Assembly (NCBI RefSeq): GCF_009914755.1 | Contig: NC_060935.1 | From: the human T2T-CHM13v2.0 reference genome, Homo sapiens | Reading direction: 5' to 3' (one strand) | DNA length: 64,000 bases | Shown here: one piece after another, positions 43,065 to 58,000 of the stretch | How positions within the stretch are numbered: position 1 is the first letter of the stretch | Layout: each line of letters begins with the position of its first letter | Made by a program: the position numbers and the translations under genes | The notes under the pieces: generated by a model | The model's input: only the letters and a program-made list of their open reading frames with translations | What the model was told of the DNA's origin: nothing | The model's database searches: none

Positions 43065-44065
43065 TGTGCCTGTGTGTGTCACTGTGCGCACATGGTGTGT
43101 GTGTGTGCATGCATATGTGTGGACACCGTGGGCATTTCTGTGTGGATGTTGTGTGTGTGTAGCTGCACTGTGTGTGCGGACAGCAGGTGTGCCTGTGGGT
43201 GTGTCTGTGTGACACTGTATATGAGTGTATGTAGACATTGTGTGTGGCTGTGTGTGGACACAGTGTGTGAGTGTATATGTGTGTGTAGGTGGACTGTATG
43301 TGTCTGTGTGGATCTGTGTGGATGCTGTGTGTGTGTATGTAGACACTGTGTGTGGCTGTGTGTGTGGACGCAGTGTGCGCGTGCATGTTTGTGTAGGTGC
43401 ACTGTGTGTGTCTGTGTGGATGCTGTGTGTGAGTGTATGTAGACACTGTGTGTGGCTGTGTGTGTGGAGGCTGTGTGTGTAGGTGTACCATGTGTCTGTG
43501 TGGACGGTGTATGTGTGTGTATGTGCACCATGTGTGTCTGTGTGGACGCTGTGAGTGCATGTGTGTGCGTGGACACTGTGTGTGCGTCTGTGTGGACACT
43601 GTGTGACTGCATGTGTGTGGCTGCACTGTGTGTGTGTGGACACTGTGTGTGCAAATGCTGTGTGTGTGTGAATGTGTGTAGGTACACCGTGTGTGTCTGT
43701 GTGGATGCTGTTTGTGAGAGTGTGTGTGTGTGTAGGTGCACTGTGTGCGGACACTGTGTGTCCGGCTGTGTGTGTGTGTGTGGACACTGTGTGAGTGCAT
43801 GTGTGTATAGCCGCACTGTGTGTGTGTGTGTGGATGCTGTGTCTGTGAGAATGCTGTGTATGAGTGTGTGTGAGTGTATGTGTAGGTACGCTGTGTCTGT
43901 GTGGACGCTGTATGTGAAAGTGTATGTGTGTGTGTGTAGGTGCACTGTGTGTGTGTGGACACTGCATGTGTGTCTGTGTGGAAACTGTGAGTGCATGTAT
44001 GTGTAGCTGCACTGTGTGTGTGTCTGTGTGTCTGTGTGGACACTGTGTGTGTGTGTCTGTGGTGT
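43065..44065. repeat. About 1 kb TG-rich degenerate minisatellite
   Basis: (TG)n runs punctuated by recurring ggacactg, gtaggtgcactg and ggatgctg motifs. Confidence 0.95.
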
Positions 44066-44299
44066 GCAGGTGCTGGAAGGCAGGCTCTGCAGGTGCAGCT
44101 GGAGCTTCAAAGTGTGAGCATTGGGCCAGGAGGACCACAGCCTGGCTGATCCAGGGGAGAGAAGTCGTTTCTGAGGTTCTGGAAATGACAGCCATTGGGA
44201 AGCACCACACCGCCACTCATCCATGAACTCAACCATCCGATCACCCATCAGTTCATGCAGTCATTGGATACAGATTTTTGCTATTCATTTATCTACTTA

Positions 44300-44422
44300 C
44301 TTTTGTAGAGATGTGGTCTCACTATGCTGCCCAGACTGGCCTCAAACACTTGGACTTGAGCAATCCTCCCACCTCGGCCTCCCACAGCACTGGATTACAG
44401 GCATGAGCCACCACAGCCGGCC
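44300..44422 (-). mobile_element. FLAM-type Alu monomer within an antisense L2 remnant
   Basis: Left-arm Alu sequence only; flanked by atttattgagcgacttctatgtgccaggcactgtg (L2-like). Confidence 0.8.
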
Positions 44423-44669
44423 TGGGGAGAGATTTATTGAGCGACTTCTATGTGCCAGGCACTGTGTCAGGGGGAGACACAGACAACAAGCAAGGGGATA
44501 CGTGAGAAAGAAGGAAGATCAATCGATGATTAAGATGGCTATGGAGAAAAATAAAGCAGGGGAGGCCCAGCGGCTGCAAGATTTTATTTTTAAATGGGCG
44601 GGTCGAGGAAGAATTCATGGAGAGGCTGCCATCTGTGCAAATAACTGGACGAAGGGCGGCCCATCTGCT

Positions 44670-45180
44670 GGTCTATCCACCCACTCACTCACCCACCCAC
44701 TCATGCACACATCCACCAGCACATATGCACCTCCTCACCCATCACCACCCACCCAGCCATCCAGCCTTCCACCAGCCTGCCCACCTGTCATTCACCCATG
44801 CACCCATGGCAATCCATCCCTCCATCCGTCCATCTGTCCATTCGTCTGTCCATCCATCCACCCGTCTGTCTGTCGATTCATCCATCTATCCGTCCATCTG
44901 TCTGTCCATCCATCCATCCATCCATCCATCCATCCATCCATCCACCCATCCACCAATCTATCCATGCATCCATCTGTCTGTTCATCCATCTGTCCATGTG
45001 CATCTGTCCATCTGTCCATCTATCCATCCATCCATCCACCAATCTGTGTATCCATGTATCAAACTGTCCATCTGTCCACCCACCCACCCATCCATCCATC
45101 TGTCCATCTCTCTACCCGTCTGTCCATCACTTCACCCACCTGTTTTCTCCTCTCTCCAGTTACCCACTCACCACTTACTA
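44670..45180. repeat. (CCAT/TCCA)n degenerate tetranucleotide array
   Basis: Near-pure catccatc core at about 44905-44945 with degenerate flanks. Confidence 0.9.
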
Positions 45181-47236
45181 ACTTCTCCACAGTGCCTAGT
45201 CTCTCCAGGATGGCGAGTCAGTCTCTGGTCTCAGGATGCCCACACTCTGGGGAACAGGCAGCAGGTAGCCATGGGGGATTGGCCAGAGCACCCCAAGAGC
45301 GTAGGCAGTTCTCGTGGTTTCTCCCCAGCCAGCGTATCTCCCAGAAGAGGTCACTATCCTCGAGGCCAGGAGCCTCACCTTCCGCTCCCCTGACCTCCCC
45401 CACACCGTAACCCAGCAAGGCTGGGAATTCAGTAGGTGCCCAATAAATCCCGGCAGGCTGGCTGAGTCATCCCACCTCCTCCTCCCCTACTGATCACCCA
45501 TTCAGCTCCTGGCCCCATTGCCCAAACCCTGCCAGCCTTTGGGTGATCTGCTCAGCCGCCACCTCACATCCACTCTCAGCTCGGGGCCAGCTCTGGGCTC
45601 CAGCCCGTGATGGGCCATGGTGGGCTTCAGAGGGTGAGCCCCCCACACCATTGTACCAGTCTGGCAAGACGGATGAGTGCCCTGGTCAGTAGTGGCCCAC
45701 CTTGGCCTGGAAGGATGTAGGGACAGGCTGCCCACCCCCATTTGCCCTCCTTCTCTGAGTGGCTAGGACAGCCACCACCACTCTCCAGGGAGGGGAGGGG
45801 CTGGCCTGTCACACGTCCCGGACAGGCCTGCCTGGGCCCAGGAAAGGGCTATGTGTGTAGGTGGCAGGCTGCTGCCCTGGGCAGGGGCCCCGCCAGGGCT
45901 GGGGAGGCCTCAGACCTTTAGATTGTGGGGCTGGTCCCCAGCACTCCCACTGGGGGTGGGAAGCTTGGCGGCCAGTGACGGGAGGGTCAGCAGAGGGGCC
46001 CGTGCTCCTGGCTGAAGCCAACCTCCCACACAAGGTGATGCCGACAACTCCAAGAATCGATGCTGTGTCAGGAGCAGTCTCCGGAAGTGATTTCCGCCAG
46101 ATGGGCTGGGCCCAGGTGGGAATCTGGGAGCTTCCCCAGAACAGGGAGCATGAGACCAGCTCAGAGAGTCTGCAGTGACATCAGATGACCTAACCTCAGA
46201 TCAAAGTGAACGCAGCCAGAAGCACCCCGCTCGCCCACCTGGGCACTGGGCCGAGACCCTGGGTCCTGGGCTGGGAGGAGTGAGTGTGGGTGTGTGACCT
46301 TCAGGGAGGGCCCCGCCACCAGCCATGAGCCCACAGGGTGTAGCTCCCCACCTCTCTACTCTGCCCCACTGCTTTCTGTCCTGGGTGCACCTTTCCCAGC
46401 CTGCTGGATCCTGCTGCTTTAAGGCTGCCTGTCTTAGGAGAAGGGATGGGGGATCCCCAGGTCCTTCATGGTGACAAAAAGGCTCATTCACACATGCACA
46501 CCTACACATACTTGCACACATGTGGGCAGACACACATACAGCCTCAGTCTTCCCTGGCTGGTTCCCAGCTTGTCGTCTTGGAAGAGGAGGAGGTGGGGTA
46601 CACCCAAGCTGTGAATTGGGAGACAGGTCATGACACACCCATCTCCTACATCTCCTGATTTCACAGGTGAGAAAATTGCCTTGGTGGGGAGCCCTGGCTT
46701 CAGTGTGCATGTGGACCTGCTTCTGGGTGGGGGGTGCCTTTCTCTATGAAGGTGTGTCTGTCCTGCACCACTGTGGGATTCAGGAAGGCAAGGCCTCTTG
46801 TGCAGTGTGTGGGGCACAGTCAATGCCGGTGCTGACTGTGGAGTGACCATCTGACATAGCCTGCAATCAGGAAGGACCATGTCAAGGCAGAACTGAAGGA
46901 CCCTGAGCTAGTTCTGGCTCTGTCCTGCTGTGGTGCCCAAACTTGGGGACCCTCAGGACATTCCAAACCTCAGGGTCTCCTGCACAGGAGAGAGGGGAGT
47001 ACACTAAAATGCAGATTCCTGGGGCCGACCCAGCCCCACTGTACTGGGTCTGCATTAGAGGCTGTTTACAGAGCCCCCAGGCAACTGCCCTGGGGTCCCC
47101 TCCCAGACCTGCTGGTAGGGGTGGGTCTGAGCTGACCGGTCTTTATGAGCATGCGGGGGCAGGTAGTTAGGGAATAGGTGAGGCAGTGATGAACCAGGAA
47201 CCGCCTGTGGGGTTAGGATCAAGAACAGGGGCTTGC

Positions 47237-49650
47237 TGATGAACGTAAATATAAAAATCCTCAACAAATACTAGCAAACCAAATCCAGAAACACATCAAA
47301 AAATTAATTCACCACAGTCAAATAGACTTCATTCCTGGGATGCAAGGTTGGTTCAACATATGCAAATCAATAAATGTGGTTTGTCACATAAACAGAACAA
47401 AAAAACCATATGGTCCTCTCAATAGATTCAGAAAAAGTCTTTGAAAAAATCCAAACATCCCTTCATGATAAAAACCTGCAACAAACTAGCCATCAAAGGA
47501 ACATACCTCAAAATAATAAGAGCTGTCTATGACAAACCCACAGTCAACATCATATTGAACGGGCAAAAGCTGGCAAAAGCATTCCCCTTAAGAATAGGAA
47601 TAAGACAAGGATGTACACTCTCACCACACAAAAAAATTACCTAGGAATACATCTAACCCAGGAGATGACGCATCTCCACAAGGAGAAACACTCCTGAAAG
47701 AAATTGGCTGGATGCAGTGGCTCACACCAGTAATCCTAGCATTTTGGGAGGCTGAAGCGAGCGGATCACTTGAATCCAGGAGTTCGAGACCAGCCTGGCC
47801 AATATGGTGAAAACCCCAACTCTACAAAAAAATACAAAAATTAGCCAGGCATGGTGGCATATGCCTGTAGTCCTAGCTACTGGGGCGGTTAAGGTGGGAG
47901 GATCACCTAAGCCTGGGAGGTTGAGGCTGCAGTGAACCAGGACTGTGTCACTGCACTCCAGCCTGGGTGACAGAGTGAGACCCTGTCTTAAAAAAAAATT
48001 ACAGATGACACAAATGGAAACACATTCCATGCTCATGGATAGGAAGAATCAGCATCATTAAGATGGTCACATTGTCCAAAGCAATCTACAGATTAAGCGC
48101 TATTCCTATTAAACTACCAACGTCATTTTTCACAGAATTAGAAAAACTACTCTAAAATTCATATGGAACCAAAAAAGAGCCAGAATAGCCAAGGCAATCC
48201 TAAGCAAAAAGAACAAAGCCAGAGGCATCACATTACCTGACTTCAAACTAATGTTCAAGGCGACTATAACCAAACCAGCATAGTACTGGTACAAAAATAG
48301 ACACATAGACCAATGGAACAGAATAGAGAGCCCAGAAGTAAAGCCACACACCTACAGTAATCTGATCTTCAACAAAGTCAACAAAAATAGGAAATGGGGA
48401 AAAGACTCCATATTCAATAAATGGTGCTGAGACAGCTGGCTTGCCATATGCAGAAGAATGAAACTGGACCCCTAATTTTCACCATATGCACAAGTGACAC
48501 AAGATGGATTAAAGATTTAAATGCGAGACCTCAAACTATAAGACTACTAAGAGAAAACATCGGAAATACCATTCTGGACATCAGCGCTGGGAAAGAATTT
48601 ATGATTAATTTCTCAAAAGCCATTGCCACAAAAATATACATTGACAAGTGGGACCTAATTAAGCTAAAGAGCTTCTGCACAGCAAAAGAAACTATCAACA
48701 GAGTAAACAGACAACCTACAGAATGGGAGAAAATATTTGCATCTATGCATCTGACAAAGGTCTAATATCCAGAATCTATAAGGAACTCAAACAATTCAAC
48801 AAGAAAAAAATAAATAACCCCGTAAAAATTGCTCAAAGGAGATGAACAGATGCTTCTCAAAGGAAGACATCCATGCGGTCAACAAGCATATAAAAGAAAG
48901 CTCAACATCACTAATCATTAGAGAAATGCAAATCAAAACCATAGTGAGATACCATCTCACACCAGTCAGAATGGCCTTTGTTAAAATATCAAAAAACAAT
49001 ACATGCTGGCAAGAGTGAGCAGAACAGGGAACGCTTATACACTGTGGGTGGGAATGTAAATTAGTCCAGCCACTGTGGAAAGCAGTTTGGAGATTTCCCA
49101 AAGAACTCAAAACAGAAGTTCCATTTGACCCAGCAATTCCATTAATTCCTGGATACATATACAAAAGAAAAATCATTCTACCAAAAAGACACCTGCACTT
49201 CCATGTTCATCGCAGCACTATTCACAATAACAAAGACCTGGAATTAACCCAAGGTGCCCAACAGTGGTAGACTGGGTAAAGAAAATGTGGTATATACACA
49301 CCATGGAATACTATGCAGCCATGAAAAAGAATAAAACCATGTCATCTGCAGCAACATGGGTCCAGCTGGACACCATTATCCTAAGCAAATTAACTGAGGA
49401 ACGGAAAACCAAATACCACATGTTCTCACTTATAAGTGGGAAAGTGGGAACTAAATGATGGGTGCTCATAGACATAGAGGGACAACAATAGACACTGGGG
49501 ACTGGTAGATGGTGGGGGAGCAAGCGTTGAAAAACTATTGGCTACCATTGTCACTATCTGGGTGATGGGATCATCCATACCCCAAACCTCAGCATCACGC
49601 AATATACCTATGTAACAAACCTGCACACATACCCTCTGAATCTAAAAAAG
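47237..49650 (+). mobile_element. 5'-truncated, internally deleted L1 (L1PB-like): ORF2 remnant plus 3'UTR
   Basis: ORF2 peptides [61 protein letters not shown]; many stops and frameshifts; L1PB-type 3' end. Confidence 0.93.
47706..47998 (+). mobile_element. AluJ inserted in the L1
   Basis: Full dimer with AluJ-like gcctgggaggttgaggctgcagtg. Confidence 0.9.
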
Positions 49651-51016
49651 AACAGCAGGGCCTTAAATGGGGTGATGCCTTACAGATGTAGGGCATCATA
49701 TCCATAGGAGACATTCGCCAGGCATAAGGATCCTCTGGAGAGACACATCAGCTTGAGGAATACAGGGTGGTGGCTCTGTCCAGCCACCCTGCCCCATCTC
49801 CTACCCTCCCATCCATTCTGCATTGGGTGCCTCCTGCATGCAGAGTCCTCCTCCAACAGCAAATGCCTCCCAGATTTGCTGAAGGGCCTGCTCCAGGGTC
49901 TCTGTGGAGACGCCCCTGGGACCCTTGCTGACCACCCTCCACAATCTGCACCCCCATCCTGTGCCCCCTTCGTTTTTTTTGTCCCACCACTACCTGGTGG
50001 TGAGACAGCTCTGTAACCTGCGCCTAGAACAGCGCCTGGCACTCAGCCGGTGCTCTGCGAGGATCTGGGGGAATGAACGAATGATTGAATGAATGAATAG
50101 GTAGGAAGACTACCTGAAGGAGGATGTTGGCCAGGAAGCCTGTGGTGGCCTGGCTGTTCTAGCAGCCCAGCCCTGGCCCGCAGATGCTGATCTCACAGCA
50201 GCCACACACCCTTCCCTTGGTCAGCCTCAGCTTCCCCATTCCTCATGCATTCTTGGTGACTTCTGAGGCTCCTCCCACTGTGGGCCTCTGACCCTGCTGG
50301 AGGAACATGAGGTGAGCCTGGTGAGCTGAGGGATGTCGGCAAACAGCCCTGGAAGGTTGGTGTGAGGTAGATTGAGTGCCATGTTTCCAGAAGGTTCTGA
50401 GGCTCTGGGACAGCCTGAGAGCCTGAGAGGCTGGGAGAGGGTTGCCTTCCTGTTCATGCTGGCTGATAGGTCTGTCAGTCTTTGCATCTAGGACAGCCAG
50501 GGCTGGACATGTGCACCCACCGGAATGATAGAGGAGGGGCTTTCCTCAGTGGAGGGTGTGTCCTGGAGAGAGCAGGTGGCAGCTGGGAGGCTACAACCCT
50601 GCGGTCCTGCTCCCTCAGCTGATGGGGGCCCTCCTCACCTCCTTGCTCACACAGAGAGTGGCCACTGGGCTCGGTCAGGCCCCACTTGTATTGTCTGTCC
50701 TACCAGGCCATCCACCCTTACTCCCCCACCCTCAGCCCTTGGCCTCACCTGAGCCCACACCCAGCCCAGCCCAGCCCCACCTTACCTCACCTGCGCACCT
50801 GGCCTTACTCCCTCCTCTCAGTTCCCCACCCATCCCCCTTCAGCTCCTTGGAGCTTGCAGGGAGCTTGAAGACAATCCCTTGTCCAGTCTCTCTCCTGCC
50901 TCAGTGTCCCCAAGCCAATGGGACCCCATACCCCCAGAGCAGCAGGCTGTGGCACAGCTCAGGGCCCAGGAGACAGCCCTGGGGGCCTCCAAGAAGCCTC
51001 CCTAGTGAGTTATTAG

Positions 51017-51311
<295 letters not shown>

Positions 51312-51399
51312 TAGAATTTTTAAAATATGGAGGCTTGACCTGCCTGACCGCCCTGCCTTTTCACTCGTTTTCAGAATAATGAGCAAAGCAACCTGCAGA

Positions 51400-51697
51400 A
51401 GATCAAATAGGATTTTTCAGTATTATCATGAATGCATGGGCTTTTCAGCTATTTGATGTGTTTTCATCCATGACTCTTTCTGATGCTCAAATTGTCCCAT
51501 TGTTGATCAGCCCCTTCTCAAACTTGACAATGAACAATAGTAGGATATACCTTTTTCCTAAGATAAAATAGCTGAGGAGTCTATGCTAATATAGTCCATT
51601 CAATTTAAGGACTGGTTTGTACTTCTTTGATTTTTTAAATCTGTATCACTTTTATACTGAAAATCTTGGTTCCAAAGGAATTTAGCATCATTCTTTG

Positions 51698-51748
<51 letters not shown>

Positions 51749-52610
51749 TCTTTGGGATCCTTTGGTTGAGTATTAGTGATCATATTGATCATGGCACTCC
51801 ATCGTGTGACTGTACCACAGCACAGCTGAAGCGATTGAAGGACATTGTGATTGTCTCTAGACTTTTGCTAATATAAAAAATGCTGTTTTGACTATCATTA
51901 TGTATATGTACTTTTCTATTTTTCCTACATATCTTTGGGTTATTTCCTAGAAGTGGGGTTTCTGTGTCAAATGATACATTTAGTAATATCGCTAGGTCTC
52001 TTTTCTACCAGTGATGAGGAGTGCACCTGTGCCTGCTGCCTCTCCCACAGAGTTGCCATCAAAAGTCTGGATTTTTGCCAATCTGATAAGCAAGCAGTGG
52101 TATCAGAGTGTACTTTTCATTTGCATTTTTCTTGTTATAAATGAGGTTGAACATTTTTTCATAAGTGCAAAGGTCATGAACCCCATTTCCTATGAACTGC
52201 TCATGTCTTCTGCTCCCTTTTCTATAGGACTGTCTGGCAGGTTCCTCACCTCAGTTTTGATGTTCTTTATGTATCAGTGATATTAATCCTTTGTGATCGA
52301 AACTGCAAATACTTTTCCCATTTGGTCATTTGTCTCCTTTACTTTGCTAATGGTGCTTCTATTTTAATTTTTCTTATTTTATCTGTTGCTTTTGGATTTC
52401 AAGTCATAGTTGGAAATGTTTTCCCGATTCACAGGTTCTTGAGGAATTGACCTGTACATTCTTGTAGAATTTGCATGGCTTCATCTCACCCTTTACACTT
52501 GAGCCTCTGATTCATTTGAGATTTATTCTCGTGTGCGGTGAGATGGACCCAAGGTATGCTTTTTCTTTCTTTATGACTGTCCAGTTGTCCAAACGCTGCT
52601 TATTCAAAGC
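51400..52610 (-). mobile_element. Old antisense L1M fragments
   Basis: AT-rich; ttgccaatctgataag...catttgcatttttcttgttataaatgaggttgaacattttttcata resembles antisense L1 ORF2. Confidence 0.65.
51701..51744. repeat. (CA)22 microsatellite
   Basis: Perfect dinucleotide run. Confidence 0.98.
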
Positions 52611-53179
52611 TCACCTTCCTCCTGCTGAGGTGGGAGGGGAAGGCAGAGACTCCATGCAGGTGTATGTATGTTCACCCGGAAAGTAACTGCTGAATGCGTG
52701 CTGTGTGCCCTGCAGAGCTGACTGACTGCCCCCATCTTCTGACCCGCTGCCCTTCTGCACCTTCACTGATATGCTTCCCAGGAAGGTACCCTCTCCTCGG
52801 CCTCCCTTGTGTTATCACAGCGCCCAGCACAAGCTGGGACCCACTCCATCCACTCTTGCTGCAAATACAGACTGTGCACTCCTGTGTGGCACCTCACTAG
52901 GGTGGGGAGTCAGGCGTCAAGGGCCTGGGCTGGACTCCGTCCACGATAAAAGAGCAGACTTTTGGCAGGGGGTGGTAGATACATCAAATTGACCCAGGGT
53001 GCTCAGGGACGACCTGGAAGTGTCACATGAGTTATGGGTCTCCTGGCGGGGCGGAGAGTCACCGCTGAGCTCCACCTTTAGTCCCTGCCTCAGGGCTGTG
53101 TGCAGTATCCTGAAAAAAGCCGGTCTCTTCTGTTGGCTGCCCCCCACCCCCCCCCCAAGCCTGAGACGTGCTGAGACCC

Positions 53180-55050
<1,871 letters not shown>

Positions 55051-58000
55051 GACCACCTGGAGCCCAGAATTTGGCTCCACACCTCCGGGAGGGTAGTCCA
55101 GGTGTGAATCCTTCTGGGAAGAGAAGCGTGCTGGGGAGCGCACCCTTGGGTGCAGTAAGATAACTCCTCAAGGTCGGCTGAGACTCGAGGCTCAGGAGCC
55201 CCCAAGAGAGAAGGCCCCTGATGTCCGGTGCCGCATCTCAGACCCCCTGAGGCCCAGGTGGACTCTGGGGCAGGGGGCTGTCCAGGATAGGAAGGTGACG
55301 GTGGCGGTGCTCCCTGAGGGCTCAGCATGCCACGGGCCGTCCCCACGGGCCCCACATTAACTAATTGAACCAAGCTCATGAAAACCTGGCTTGATGCAGA
55401 GAGCGGAGAGGCACGTTTGCAGCTCTCACTAAGAGGCAGCTGTGCTCCCGGAGAAAGCAGCGCTGGTAGCAGAGGCACCTGGCCCCCCTGTTACCAGGTG
55501 GTTCCAATTCCCGGTACAGCGTGCCTGAGCAGGGCTGGGCACTGGATTTCTCAGGGACAGGCCTGGGAAGTCACCTCCGGGAAGGTCCAGGCTGCTCTCC
55601 TCCATGCCTGCCTGGGGCCTTCCCCCGCTGCCCCAGTGGCCCTACTTCCTGGCTGCCCAGCCAGCGGCCTTTTGGTGTGGTGCCAGCCTCTGGCCTGGGA
55701 GCCTCTACCCAGACATCCCATGGCTGATGGCTGTGGGGCTCACCTGAGGGCTGAAGGGTGGTCTCCCTGAGCGTCCTCAGGTGGAAGCATCTCCTCTGCC
55801 TCGGGCAGGCTCAGTAGAGAACTGGCTGGAGGGCATCCAGAGGCCTGTCCATGCCTGCTGGCAGCTGCCACCAGGGCCTCAGGGCGGGTGACAGCAGGAG
55901 CCAGGCCCCAAATGGCTTCAAGCATCGTCTCAGGTGAGGGGGTGGGGTAGGGGTCGCAGGGCTACTGCCTTCCTTGCTAAGAGGTGGCCTTCCACATCAG
56001 GAAGGGGAAGTCTTACCCACCTCCCTCCTCAAAGATGTGGTTGGGGGGTGATCTTGGAGACTTTTCCCCACCCCAGCTCCCAAGCCCCTGTCTCCTGACA
56101 TGTCAGTGGGTGCCTGAGCCACAGCCGCTGCTGGTCTGTGAGAGGAGCTGGCTCTGCTCGTGGCTGCAACAGCGGGGGCTCGGCTTGGGGTTTGGGAGAT
56201 ATTTGTGTGCAGTGACCCCAGGGGAACCCAGTCCGATGCCACTGTGCAAATGTCTAGCAGATGCCAGGTTCACAGGTGCTGTGTGCTGGTGGCCACCTGC
56301 CTCCCGGACCCCAGACTCTCTGAGATGTCCAAGGGTGGGAAGACCTCCTCAGCCAGAGGCCAAGGCAAAGTGCCCGCAGACCCCCTCAATTCTCACTTGT
56401 ATTCAGGTTTGTGGACACATGCCTCCGGGCTCACTGCAGCCACCCGTGTGGAGGAAGAGGAGGAAGAGGGCTCGCCACGCCCCAGAGGAAGTCTCTGCTT
56501 GCACTTGTGTTTTCTTCCTCATTTGGATTGTTTAGGTCTCGGAAGTTTGCTCAGCAAGAGTCTACCTTCGCCCAGCCTCCGCAGAGCTGGCAAGGCAGGG
56601 GTGGCTTCTGGGGACAGGGGCAGGATGGCTTCTGTGAAGGGGTGGCCAGGAAAGGGATGCTTCTGTGAAGTGGCCAGATCTGGGGCTGGTCCTTTCCAGT
56701 TCTGGGTCCTGTCCTTGTAAGACGTGTGCCTGGCCCTGGGAAGTTGTCATGAACAGCCTCCAACCCAGGTACCTCCATGTGGGGTGGGACTGGAGGTGGA
56801 CCCTGACTGGGCAGGACATGTGGCTTGGTGGGGGCCTGGGAGATGCGCTCCCACCCTCAGTGCCCTAGGAGGTTGGCAGGACCAGTCTCTTGAGGGGAGA
56901 CCTGGTCATAGAACCAGGATGGCAGAGTAGCTGGAGGCCACCTGCAGCCTCACGAAATCAGGTCCAGCCTTGCGCCAGTCCAGCCTTGTGTTGCTGTAAG
57001 AAGTCTTGGCAATGGTGGCGGAGACAGGGCCCTGTCCTTAGGTGGATTGTGAAATGAGAAATATTGTGGTTTCTGGCCTGAAGACGACAAGCCTGGCCTT
57101 GAAGAGCCAGGGCCCAGGCATGTGTGCAGGGGGGTTGAGGCAGGAGCCGGTGTTCCGCTGACCCTACAGGGCTAGGGCGAACTCTCCTGTGTGCGCCTGG
57201 GGAAGCCAGCCAGGATATCCTGTCCCCTCCTCGGGGAACCCCCCCTCCCCAGGAGAGCAGCTCTTCCTGTGTTCCTTCTGGCCTCCCTGGGCTGGCCGGG
57301 GTGGACACGGCACCTGGGCCACAACTCTTGCCCGCTTAGGCTTCCTGCCCCCAACACCCCCAGTTATCTGTGGTTGCTTGCGCCCCCACTGGGGGCAGCT
57401 CCCATCTTAGCTGAGGGGATGGGGGTCCATACAGCCCTGCTGCACCCAGCGGTCCTAGCTCCCTTGCTGTGAGCCTTAGCCAGGGGTGTGGACATCCAGG
57501 TGGCATCTACTCTGGTTGCTGAGATGCTTGGAGATCCTGGTTGTGGCCAAGGAGAGGGATTTGAGGGGGGACCTGCAGTGCATGGAGACTGCCCCTGTAG
57601 GCTCTCAAACCTAAGTCTGGCTCAGCAGCCCCTGTTCCCCGCTCCTACAGCCTTGGCTTTCCCTGTTTCCCAAGAACTTTCCAGGGGTGTTGGCAGAACC
57701 CTCGCGGGTGCGTGTTAATCAACAATGGAGCCAGAAGCAGGTCCCAGAGGTGGATGGGGCTGATCTGGCTGCCTCCCCAAAAGACAAGGCCATGCAGAGC
57801 CAGCTCTCAGGGTGCAGCACCCAACTTTGTGGACTCCAGTGCCCTCCTATCTCCAGGCTCTGGCATTGGAGTCTGAAGCAGCTGCTGGGCAGTTGTTCTG
57901 CAGCTGGGCAGGGAGGCCAGAGGCCAAGGCAGGTGGTGGGGCTGGGCACAGAGGAGGACGGGGCTCTCTGAGCCATCAGGTCTCTTTCTCTCCATCTTCT

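Noticed and set aside
42451-45410. ORFs of 389-530 aa rich in His/Thr or Ser/Ile/His/Pro
   Set aside because: Translations of the TG-rich and (CCAT)n repeats.
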